The position numbers and the translations under genes were made by a program. A DNA stretch of 64,000 bases, from positions 162,688,001-162,752,000 of the forward strand of contig OZ024742.1 in NCBI GenBank assembly GCA_964016885.1, written 5' to 3'. Every line of letters begins with the position of its first letter. The first letter of the stretch is position 1. Below, piece by piece: positions 1-11,881 of this stretch. The stretch comes from Eledone cirrhosa. Lineage: Eukaryota. The notes below the pieces were generated by a model. That model was given only the letters and a program-made list of their open reading frames with translations, had not been told where the DNA came from and ran no database searches.

Positions 1-3000
1 AATTTTATGAACTTTATGAATTTTAGGATTTTTATGAATTTTTGGAATTTTAGGAATTTTAGGAATTTTTTAAATTTTAGGAATTTTAGGAATTTTAGGA
101 ATTTTTATGTATTTTAGGAATTTTAGCAAGTTTATTAATTCTATGAATTTTAGGAATTTTAGGAATTTTTAGGAATTTTAGGAATTTTAGGAATTTTATG
201 AATGTTATGAATTTTATGAATTTTAGGAATTTTAGGAATTTTATGAATTTTAGGATTTTTATGAATTTTTGGAATTTTATGAATATTAGGACATTTAGGA
301 ATTTTTGGAATTTTATGAATTTTATGAATTTTAGAAATGTTATGAAATTTAGGAATTTTAGGAATTTTTGGAATTTTGGGAATTTTAGGAATTTTAGGAA
401 TTTTAGGAATTTTGGAATTTTAGGAATTTTAGGAATTTTTTGAATTTTGGAATTTTAGGAATTTTAGGAATTTTTATGTATTTGAGGAATTTTATGAATT
501 TTATGAATTTTATGAATTTTATGAATTTTATGAATTTTATGAATTATATGAATTTTTGGAATTTTAGGAATTTTGAGGAATTTTTTTGAATTTTCGGAAT
601 TTTATGTATTTTTAGGAATTTTAGGAATTTTAGGGATTTTAGGAATTTTTCCGAATTTTCGTAATTTTATGAATTTTTAGGAATTTTAGGAATTTTAGGA
701 ATTTTAGGAATTTTACAATTTTACGAATTTTAGTAATTTTAGGAATTTTAGGAATTTTATGAATTTAGGAATTTTAGGAATTATAGGAATTTTAGGAATT
801 TTAGTAATTTTAGGAATTTTAAGAATTTTAGGAATTTTAGGAATTTTTTGGAATTTTCGGAATTTTATGAATTTTTAGGAATGTTAGGAATTTTAGGAAT
901 TTTATGAATGTTATTAATTTTATGAATTTTAGGAATTTTAGGATTTTTATGAATTTTTGGAATTTCAGGAATTTTAGGAATTTTAGGAATTTTAGGAATT
1001 TTAGGAATTTTATGAATTTTACGAATTTTAGAAATGTTATGAATTTTAGGAATTTTAGGAATTTTAAGAATTTTAGTAATTTTAGGAATTTTTTTGAATT
1101 TTTTGAATTTTATGAATTTTTAGGATTTTTCTGAATTATATAAATTTTAGGAATTTTAGGAATCTAAGGAATTTTAGGAATTTTATGAATTTTAGGAATT
1201 TTAGGAATTTTAAGGATTTTAGGAATTTTAGGAATTTTTTGGAATTTTTGGAATTTTCGGAATTTTAGGAATTTTTAGGAATTTTAGGAATTTTATGAAT
1301 TTTATGAATTTTATGAATTTTAGGAATTTTAGGATTTTTATGAATTTTTGGAATTTTGGAATGTTAGGAATTTTTGGAATTTTGGGAATTTTAGGAATTT
1401 TAGGAATATTAGGAATTTTGGAATTTTAGGAATTTTATGAATTATATGAATTTTATGAATTTTATGAATTTTATGAATTTAGGAATTTTAGGAATTTTCA
1501 GGAATTTTTTTGAATTTTCGGAATTTTATGTATTTTTAGGAATTTTAGGAATTTTAGGAATTTCAGGAATTTTAGGAATTTTTCCGAATTTTCGTAATTT
1601 TATGAATTTTTATGAATTTTAGGAATTTTATGAATTTTATGAATTTTACAATTTTACGAATTTTAATTTAAGGAATTTTATAAATTTTATGAATTTTATG
1701 AATTTTAGGAATTTTATGAATTTTAGGAATTTAGGAATTTTAGGAATTTTAGGAATTTTAGGAATTTAAGGAATTTTTTGAATTTTAGGAATTTTAGGAA
1801 TTTCTATGAATTTTAGGAATTTTAAGAATTTTTTTGAATTTTTTGAATTTTATGAATTTTTAGGAATTTTCTGAATTTTATGAATTATATAAATTTTAGG
1901 AATTTTAGGAATCTTAGGAATTTTAGAAATTTTATGAATTTTAGTAATTTTAGGAATTTTAGGAATTTTAAGGATTTTAGGAATTTTAGGAATTTTTTGG
2001 AATTTTTGGAATTTTCGGAATTTTAGGAATTTTTAGGAATTTTAGGAATTTTATGAATTTTATGAATTTTATGAATTTTAGGAATTTTAGGATTTTTATG
2101 AATTTTTGGAATTTTGGAATGTTAGGAATTTTTGAAATTTTGGGAATTTTAGGAATTTTGGAATTTTAGGAATTTTATGAATTTTAGGAATTTTTTGAAT
2201 TTTAGGAATTTTAGGAATTTTCGGAATTTTTTGTATTTTTAGGAATTTTACGAATTTTAGGAATTTTAGGAATTTTAGGAATTTTTCCGAATTTTCGTAA
2301 TTTTATGAATTTTTATGAATTTTAGGAATTTTATGAATTTTAGGAATTTTACAATTTTACGAATTTTAATTTAAGGAATTTTATAAATTTTATGAATTTT
2401 ATGAATTTTAGGAATTTTATGAATTTTAGGAATTTAGGAATTTTAGGAATTTTAGGAATTTTAGGAATTTAAGGAATTTTTTGAATTTTAGGAATTTTAG
2501 GAATTTCTATGAATTTTAGGAATTTTAAGAATTTTTTTTTTTTTTGAATTTTATGAATTTTTAGGAATTTTCTGAATTTTATGAATTATATAAATTTTAT
2601 GAATTTTAGGAATCTTAGGAATTTTAGGAATTTTATGAATTTTAGGAATTTTAGGAATTTTTTGGAATTTTTGGAATTTTCGGAATTTTCGGAATTTTAA
2701 GGAATTTTAGGAATTTTATGAATTTTATGAATTTTATGAACTTTATGAATTTTAGGATTTTTATGAATTTTTGGAATTTTAGGAATTTTAGGAATTTTTT
2801 AAATTTTAGGAATTTTAGGAATTTTAGGAATTTTTATGTATTTTAGGAATTTTAGCAAGTTTATTAATTCTATGAATTTTAGGAATTTTAGGAATTTTTA
2901 GGAATTTTAGGAATTTTAGGAATTTTATGAATGTTATGAATTTTATGAATTTTAGGAATTTTAGGAATTTTATGAATTTTAGGATTTTTATGAATTTTTG

Positions 3001-4689
3001 GAATTTTATGAATATTAGGACATTTAGGAATTTTTGGAATTTTATGAATTTTATGAATTTTAGAAATGTTATGAAATTTAGGAATTTTAGGAATTTTTGG
3101 AATTTTGGGAATTTTAGGAATTTTAGGAATTTTAGGAATTTTGGAATTTTAGGAATTTTAGGAATTTTTTGAATTTTGGAATTTTAGGAATTTTAGGAAT
3201 TTTTATGTATTTGAGGAATTTTATGAATTTTATGAATTTTATGAATTTTATGAATTTTATGAATTTTATGAATTATATGAATTTTTGGAATTTTAGGAAT
3301 TTTGAGGAATTTTTTTGAATTTTCGGAATTTTATGTATTTTTAGGAATTTTAGGAATTTTAGGGATTTTAGGAATTTTTCCGAATTTTCGTAATTTTATG
3401 AATTTTTAGGAATTTTAGGAATTTTAGGAATTTTAGGAATTTTACAATTTTACGAATTTTAGTAATTTTAGGAATTTTAGGAATTTTATGAATTTAGGAA
3501 TTTTAGGAATTATAGGAATTTTAGGAATTTTAGTAATTTTAGGAATTTTAAGAATTTTAGGAATTTTAGGAATTTTTTGGAATTTTCGGAATTTTATGAA
3601 TTTTTAGGAATGTTAGGAATTTTAGGAATTTTATGAATGTTATTAATTTTATGAATTTTAGGAATTTTAGGATTTTTATGAATTTTTGGAATTTCAGGAA
3701 TTTTAGGAATTTTAGGAATTTTAGGAATTTTAGGAATTTTATGAATTTTACGAATTTTAGAAATGTTATGAATTTTAGGAATTTTAGGAATTTTAAGAAT
3801 TTTAGTAATTTTAGGAATTTTTTTGAATTTTTTGAATTTTATGAATTTTTAGGATTTTTCTGAATTATATAAATTTTAGGAATTTTAGGAATCTAAGGAA
3901 TTTTAGGAATTTTATGAATTTTAGGAATTTTAGGAATTTTAAGGATTTTAGGAATTTTAGGAATTTTTTGGAATTTTTGGAATTTTCGGAATTTTAGGAA
4001 TTTTTAGGAATTTTAGGAATTTTATGAATTTTATGAATTTTATGAATTTTAGGAATTTTAGGATTTTTATGAATTTTTGGAATTTTGGAATGTTAGGAAT
4101 TTTTGGAATTTTGGGAATTTTAGGAATTTTAGGAATATTAGGAATTTTGGAATTTTAGGAATTTTATGAATTATATGAATTTTATGAATTTTATGAATTT
4201 TATGAATTTAGGAATTTTAGGAATTTTCAGGAATTTTTTTGAATTTTCGGAATTTTATGTATTTTTAGGAATTTTAGGAATTTTAGGAATTTCAGGAATT
4301 TTAGGAATTTTTCCGAATTTTCGTAATTTTATGAATTTTTATGAATTTTAGGAATTTTATGAATTTTATGAATTTTACAATTTTACGAATTTTAATTTAA
4401 GGAATTTTATAAATTTTATGAATTTTATGAATTTTAGGAATTTTATGAATTTTAGGAATTTAGGAATTTTAGGAATTTTAGGAATTTTAGGAATTTAAGG
4501 AATTTTTTGAATTTTAGGAATTTTAGGAATTTCTATGAATTTTAGGAATTTTAAGAATTTTTTTGAATTTTTTGAATTTTATGAATTTTTAGGAATTTTC
4601 TGAATTTTATGAATTATATAAATTTTAGGAATTTTAGGAATCTTAGGAATTTTAGAAATTTTATGAATTTTAGTAATTTTAGGAATTTT
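1..4689. repeat. 2729-bp-offset duplication in the 9-mer satellite (about 1-1960 repeated at about 2730-4689)
   Basis: Three identical ORF pairs (198/2927, 904/3633, 1437/4166) and the rare marker AGCAAGTTTATTAATTC (125/2854) are all offset by exactly 2729. The copies diverge after about 1960/4689. Confidence 0.92.
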
Positions 4690-7600
4690 TTGGAATTTTT
4701 GGAATTTTAGGAATTTTAGGAATTTTAAGGAATTTTAGGAATTTTATGAATTTTATGAACTTTATGAATTTTAGGATTTTTATGAATTTTGGAATTTTAG
4801 GAATTTTAGAAATTTTTTAAATTTTAGGAACTTTAGGAATTTTAGGAATTTTTATGTATTTTAGGAATTTTAGCAAGTTTATGAATTCTATGAATTTTAG
4901 GAATTTTAGGAATTTTGAGGAATTTTTTTGAATTTTCGGAATTTTATGTATTTTTATGAATTTTAGGAATTTTAGGAATTTTAGGATTTTTTGGAATTTT
5001 AATAATTTTAGGAATTTTAGGAATTTTTGGAATTTTGTGAATTTTAGGAATTTTAGGAATTTTAGGAATTTTAAGAATTTTATGAATTTTATGAATTTTA
5101 GGAATTTTAATAATTTTAGGAATTTTAGGAAATTTAGGAATTTTTTGAATTTCTTGGAATTTTTCGAATTTTTATGAATTTTATGAATTTTTGGAATTTT
5201 ATGAATTTTAGGATATTTAGGAATTTTTTCGAATTTTATAAATTTTAGGAATTTTAGGAATTTTAGGAATTTAAGGAATTTTTTTAATTTTAGGAATTTT
5301 AGGAATTTTAGGGATTTCTATGAATTTTAGGAATTTTAGGAATTTTAGGAATTTTAAGAATTTTAGGAATTTTATGAATTTTATGAATTTTTGGAATTTT
5401 AGGAATTTTAGGAATTTTAGGAATTTTTTGGAATTTTCGGAATTTTATGAATTTTTAGGTATTTTATGAATTTTATGAATTTTATGAATTCTATGAATTT
5501 TATGAATTTTATGAATTTTATGAATTTTAGGAATTTTAGGAATTTTGGGAATTTTGGGAATTTTAGGAATTTTTTGAATATCTTGGAATTTTATGAATTT
5601 TTAGGAATTTTATGAATTTTATGAATTTTATGAATTTTTAGGAATTTTCTTAATTTTCTGAATTATATAAATTTTAGGAATTTTAGGAATCTTAGGAATT
5701 TTAGGAATTTTAGGAATTTTATGAAATTCAAGAATTTTAGGAATTTTTTGAATTTCTTGAATTTTCGGAATTTTAGTAATTTTTTGGAATTTTTGTAATT
5801 TTATGAATATTTATGAATTTTATGAATTTTATGAATTTTATGAATTTTATGAATTTTATGAATTTTATGAATTTTAGGAATTTTATAAATTTTATGAATT
5901 TTATGAATTTTAGGAATTTTAGGAATTTTAATAATTTTAGGAATCTTAGGAATTTTTGGAATTTTGTGAATTTTAGGAATTTTAGGAATTTTAGGAATTT
6001 TAAGAATTTTAGGAATTTTATGAATTTTAGGAATTTTAATAATTTTAGGAATTTTAGGAAATTTAGGAATTTTTTGAATTTCTTGGAATTTTTCGAATTT
6101 TTATGAATTTTATGAATTTTTGGAATTTTATGAATTTTAGGAAATTTAGGAATTTTTTCGAATTTTATAAATTTTATGAATTTTAGGAATTTTAGGAATT
6201 TAAGGAATTTTTTTAATTTTAGGAATTTTAGGAATTTTAGGAATTTCTATGAATTTTAGGAATTTTAAGAATTTTAGGAATTTTATGAATTTTATGAATT
6301 TTTGGAATTTTAGGAATTTTAGGAATTTTAGGAATTTTTTGGAATTTTCAGAATTTTATGAATTTTTAGGTATTTTAGGAATTTTATGAATTTTTATGAA
6401 TTTTATGAATTTTTGGAATTTTAGGAACTTTGAGGAATTTTAGGAATTTTAGGAATTTTAGCAATTTTAGGAATTTTATGTATTTTATGAATTTTACGAA
6501 TTTTAGAAATGTTATGAATTTTAGGAATTTTAGGAATTTTAGGAATTTTAGGAATTTTAAGAATTTTAGGAATTTTAGGAATTTTTTTTAAATTTTTTGA
6601 ATTTTATGAATTTTTAGGAATTTTCTGAATATTATAAATTTTAGGAATTTTAGGAATCTTAGGAATTTTAGGAATTTTAGGAATTTTTTGGAATTTTTGG
6701 AATTTTAGGAATTTTAGGAATTTTTAGGAATTTTAGGAATTTTAGGAATTTTATGAATTTTAGGAATTTTAGGAATTTTAGGATTTTTATGAATTTTGGA
6801 ATTTTGGAATGTTAGGAATTTTTGGAATTTTGGGAATTTTAGGAATTTTAGGAATATTAGGAATTTTGGAATTTTAGGAATTTTAGGAATTTTAGGAATT
6901 TTTTGAATTTTAGGAATTTTAGGAATTTTCGGAATTTTTATGTATTTTAGGAATTTTATGAATTTTTAGGAATTTTAGGAATTTTAGGAATTTTATGAAT
7001 GTTATGAATTTTATGAATTTTATGAATTTTATGAATTTTATGAATTTTAGGATTTTTATGAATTTTTGGAATTTTATGAATGTTAGGAATTTTAGGAATT
7101 TTTGGAATTTTATGAATTTTATGAATTTTAGAAATGTTATGAAATTTAGGAATTTTAGGAATTTTGGGAATTTTGGGAATTTTATGAATTTTAGGAATTT
7201 TATGAATTTTAGGAATTTAGGAATTTTAGGAATTTTAGGAATTTTAGGAATTTAAGGAATTTTTTGAATTTTAGGAATTTTAGGAATTTCTATGAATTTT
7301 AGGAATTTTAAGAATTTTTTTGAATTTTTTGAATTTTATGAATTTTTAGGAATTTTCTGAATTTTATGAATTATATAAATTTTAGGAATTTTAGGAATCT
7401 TAGGAATTTTAGAAATTTTATGAATTTTATGAATTTTAGGAATTTTTTGGAATTTTTGGAATTTTCGGAATTTTAGGAATTTTAAGGAATTTTAGGAATT
7501 TTATAAATTTTATGAATTTTATGAACTTTATGAATTTTAGGATTTTTATGAATTTTTGGAATTTTAGGAATTTTAGAAATTTTTTAAATTTTAGGAACTT

Positions 7601-10600
7601 TAGGAATTTTAGGAATTTTTATGTATTTTAGGAATTTTAGCAAGTTTATGAATTCTATGAATTTTAGGAATTTTAGGAATTTTATGAATTTTAGGAATTT
7701 AGGAATTTTAGGAATTTTGAGGAATTTTTTTGAATTTTCGGAATTTTATGTATTTTTAGGAATTTTAGGAATTTTAGGAATTTTAGGAATTTTTGGAATT
7801 TTAGGAATTTTAGGAATTTTAAGAATTTTAGGAATTTCGAAAAATTTTTTTGAATTTTCGGAATTTTAAGTATTTTTAGGAATTTTAGGAATTTTAGGAA
7901 TTTTAGGAATTTTAGGAATTTTATGAATTTTGGTAATTTTAGGAATTTTAAGAATTTTTGGAATTTTAGGAATTTTAGGAATTTTTTGAATTTCTTGGAA
8001 TTTTATGAATTTTTATGAATTTCATGAATTTTATGAATTTTATGAATTTTTGGAATTTTAGGAATTTTAGGAATCTTAGGAATTTTATGAACTTTTTGAA
8101 TTTTAGGAATTTTAATTTTATGAATTTTTGGAATTTGAGGAATTTTAGGAATTTTAGGAATTTTAGGAATTTTACGAATTTTAGTAATTTTAGGAATTTT
8201 ATAAATTTTAGGAATTTTAGGAATTTTATGAATTATATAAATTTTAGGAATTTTAGGAATCTTAGGAAATTTAGGAATTTTTTGTATTTCTTGGAATTTT
8301 TCGAATTTTTATGAATTTTATGAATTTTTGGAATTTTATGAATTTTAGGAAATTTAGGAATTTTTTCGAATTTTATAAATTTTAGGAATTTTAGGAATTT
8401 TAGGAATTTAAGGAATTTTTTTAATTTTAGGAATTTTAGGAATTTTAGGGATTTCTATGAATTTTAGGAATTTTAGGAATTTTAGGAATTTTAAGAATTT
8501 TAGGAATTTTATGAATTTTATGAATTTTTGGAATTTTAGGAATTTTAGGAATTTTATGAATTTTTTGGAATTTTCGGAATTTTATGAATTTTTAGGTATT
8601 TTAGGAATTTTATGAATTTTTATGAATTTTATGAATTTTTGGAATTTTAGGAACTTTGAGGAATTTTTTTGAATTTTCGGAATTTTATGTATTTTTAGGA
8701 ATTTTAGGAATTTTAGGAATTTTAGGAATTTTAGGAATTTTAGGAATTTTAGGAATATTAAGAATTTTTATGAATTTTATGAATTTTTAGTTATTTTAGG
8801 AATTTTATGAATTTTTATGAATTTTATGAATTTTTGGAATTTTAGGAATTTTCAGGAATTTTTTTGAATTTTCGGAATTTTATGTATTTTTAGGAATTTT
8901 AGGAATTTTCGGAATTTTAGGAATTTTAGGAATTTTTCCGAATTTTCGTAATTTTATGAATTGTTATGAATTTTATGAATTTTATGAATTTTATGAATTT
9001 TACAATTTTACGAATTTTAATTTTAGGAATTTTATAAATTTTATGAATTTTATGAATTTTCGGAATTTTATGAATTTTAGGAATTTTAGGAATTTTAGGA
9101 ATTTCTATGAATTTTAGGAATTTTAAGAATTTTTTTGAATTTTTTGAATTTTATGAATTTTTAGGAATTTTCTGAATTTTATGAATTATATAAATTTTAG
9201 GAATTTTAGGAATCTTAGGAATTTTAGGAATTTTTGGAATTTTAGGAATTTTGAGGAATTTTTTTGAATTTTCGGAATTTTATGTATTTTTAGGAATTTT
9301 AGGAATTTTAGGAATTTTAGGAATTTTAGGAATTTTTGGAATTTTAGTAATTTTATGAATTTTAAGAATTTTATGAATTTTTATGAATTTTAGGAATTTT
9401 ATGAATTTTATGAATTTTACAATTTTACGAATTTTAATTTTAGGAATTTTATAAATTTTATGAATTTTATGAATTTTCGGAATATTATGTATTTTTAGGA
9501 ATTTTAGGAATTTTAGGAATTTTATAAATATTAGGAATTTTAGGAATATTAAGAATTTTAGGAATTATAGGAATATTTAGGAATTTTAGGAATTTTAGGA
9601 ATTTTATGAATGTTATGAATTTTATGAATTTTAGGAATTTTAGGAATTTTAGGAATTTTAGGATTTTTATGAATTTTTGGAATTTTATGAATGTTAGGAC
9701 TTTTAGGAATTTTTGGAATTTTATGAATTTTATGAATTTTAGAAATGTTATGAAATTTAGGAATTTTAGGAATTTTTGGAATTTTGGGAATTTTAGGAAT
9801 TTTAGGAATTTTAGGAATTTTGGAATTTTAGGAATTTTAGGAATTTTTTGAATTTTAGGAATTTTAGGAATTTTAGGAATTTTTATGTATTTGAGGAATT
9901 TTATGAATTTTATGAATTTTATGAATTTTATGAATTTTACGAATTTTATGAATTATATGAATCTTTGGAATTTTAGGAATTTTGAGGAATTATTTTGAAT
10001 TTTCGGAATTTTATGTATTTTTAGAAATTTTAGGAATTTTAGGAATTTTAGGAATTTTTCCGAATTTTCGTAATTTTATGAATTTTTAGGAATTTTAGGA
10101 ATTTTATGAATTTTAGGAATTTTACAATTTTACGAATTTTAGTAATTTTAGGAATTTTAGGAATTTTATGAATTTAGGAATTTTAGGAATTTTAGGAATT
10201 TTAGGAATTTTAGTAATTTTAGGAATTTTAAGAATTTTAGGAATTTTAGGAATTTTTGGGAATTTTCGGAATTTTATGAATTTTTAGGAATTTTAGGAAT
10301 TTTAGGAATTTTATGAATGTTATTAATTTTATGAATTTTAGGAATTTTAGGAATTTTAGGAATTTTAGGAATTTTATGAATTTTATGAATTTTACGAATT
10401 TTAGAAATGTTATGAATTTTATGAATTTTAGGAATTTTAGGAATTTTAGGAATTTTAGGAATTTTTTTGAATTTTTTGAATTTTCGGAATTTTCGGAATT
10501 TTTAGGAATTTTAGGAATTTTATGAATTTTATGAATTTTATGAATTTTAGGAATTTTAGGATTTTTATGAAGTTTTGGAATTTTGAAATGTTAGGAATTT

Positions 10601-11681
10601 TTGGAATTTTGGGAATTTTAGGAATTTTAGGAATATTAGGAATTTTAGGAATTTTAGGAATTTTCGAAATTTTTATGTATTTTATGAATTTTATGAATTT
10701 TATGAATTTTATGAATTTTATGAATTTTATGAATTTAGGAATTTTAGGAATTTTCAGGAATTTTTTTGAATTTTCGGAATTTTATGTATTTTTAGGAATT
10801 TTAGGAATTTTATGAATTTTATGAATTTTACAATTTTACGAATTTTCATTTAAGGAATTTTATAAATTTTATGAATTTTATGAATTTTATGAATTTTAGG
10901 AATTTTAGGAATTTAGGAATTTTAGGAATTTCTATGAATTTTAGGAATTTTAAGAATTTTTTTGAATTTTTTGAATTTTATGAATTTTTAGGAATTTTCT
11001 GAATTTTATGAATTATATAAATTTTAGGAATTTTAGGAATCTTAGGAATTTTAGGAATTTTATGAATTTTAGTAATTTTAGGAATTTTTTGGAATTTTTG
11101 GAATTTTCAGAATTTTCGGAATTTTAAGGAATTTTAGGAATTTTATGAATTTTATGAATTTTATGAACTTTATGAATTTTAGGATTTTTATGAATTTTTG
11201 GAATTTTAGGAATTTTAGGAATTTTTTAAATTTTAGGAATTTTAGGAATTTTAGGAATTTTTATGTATTTTAGGAATTTTAGCAAGTTTATGAATTCTAT
11301 GAATTTTAGGAATTTTAGGAATTTTAGGAATTTTAGGAATTTAGGAATTTTAGGAATTTTGAGGAATTTTTTTGAATTTTCGGAATTTTATGTATTTTTA
11401 GGAATTTTAGGAATTTTAGGAATTTTTGGAATTTTAGGAATTTTAGGAATTTTAAGAATTTTAGGAATTTCGAGGAATTTTTTTGAATTTTCGGAATTTT
11501 ATGTATTTTTAGGAATTTTAGGAATTTTAGGAATTTTATGAATTTTATGAATTTTGGTAATTTTAGGAATTTTAAGAATTTTAGGAATTTTAGGAATTTT
11601 TTGGAATTTTAGGAATTTTAGGAATTTTTAGGAATTTTATGAATTTTAGGAATTTTATGAATGTTATGAATTTTATGAATT
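1..11681. repeat. AT-rich 9-bp tandem satellite, (GGAATTTTA)n interspersed with (TGAATTTTA)n; about 1,300 degenerate units; truncated by the window start and the gap
   Basis: Read directly: continuous GGAATTTTA/TGAATTTTA units with T-run variants (mostly T3-T7) and recurrent point variants such as TTTTCGGAA, TTTTTGGAA, AATCTTAGG, TTTTACAATTTTACGAA and AGCAAGTTT. Translations are tripeptide repeats (RNF/MNF/GIL), as expected for a 9-bp period. Confidence 0.97.
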
Positions 11682-11881
11682 NNNNNNNNNNNNNNNNNNN
11701 NNNNNNNNNNNNNNNNNNNNNNNNNNNNNNNNNNNNNNNNNNNNNNNNNNNNNNNNNNNNNNNNNNNNNNNNNNNNNNNNNNNNNNNNNNNNNNNNNNNN
11801 NNNNNNNNNNNNNNNNNNNNNNNNNNNNNNNNNNNNNNNNNNNNNNNNNNNNNNNNNNNNNNNNNNNNNNNNNNNNNNNNN
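11682..11881. other. Assembly gap, exactly 200 N (scaffold join of unknown true length)
   Basis: Run of n from 11682 to 11881. The round size and the different satellites on each side indicate a placeholder gap. Confidence 0.98.

Noticed and set aside
198-11541. ORFs encoding RNF/MNF/GIL tripeptide repeats
   Set aside because: These follow from the 9-bp period (two of three frames lack stops in the consensus). They are all under 100 aa, broken by frequent frameshifting T-run changes, and show no recognisable domain.
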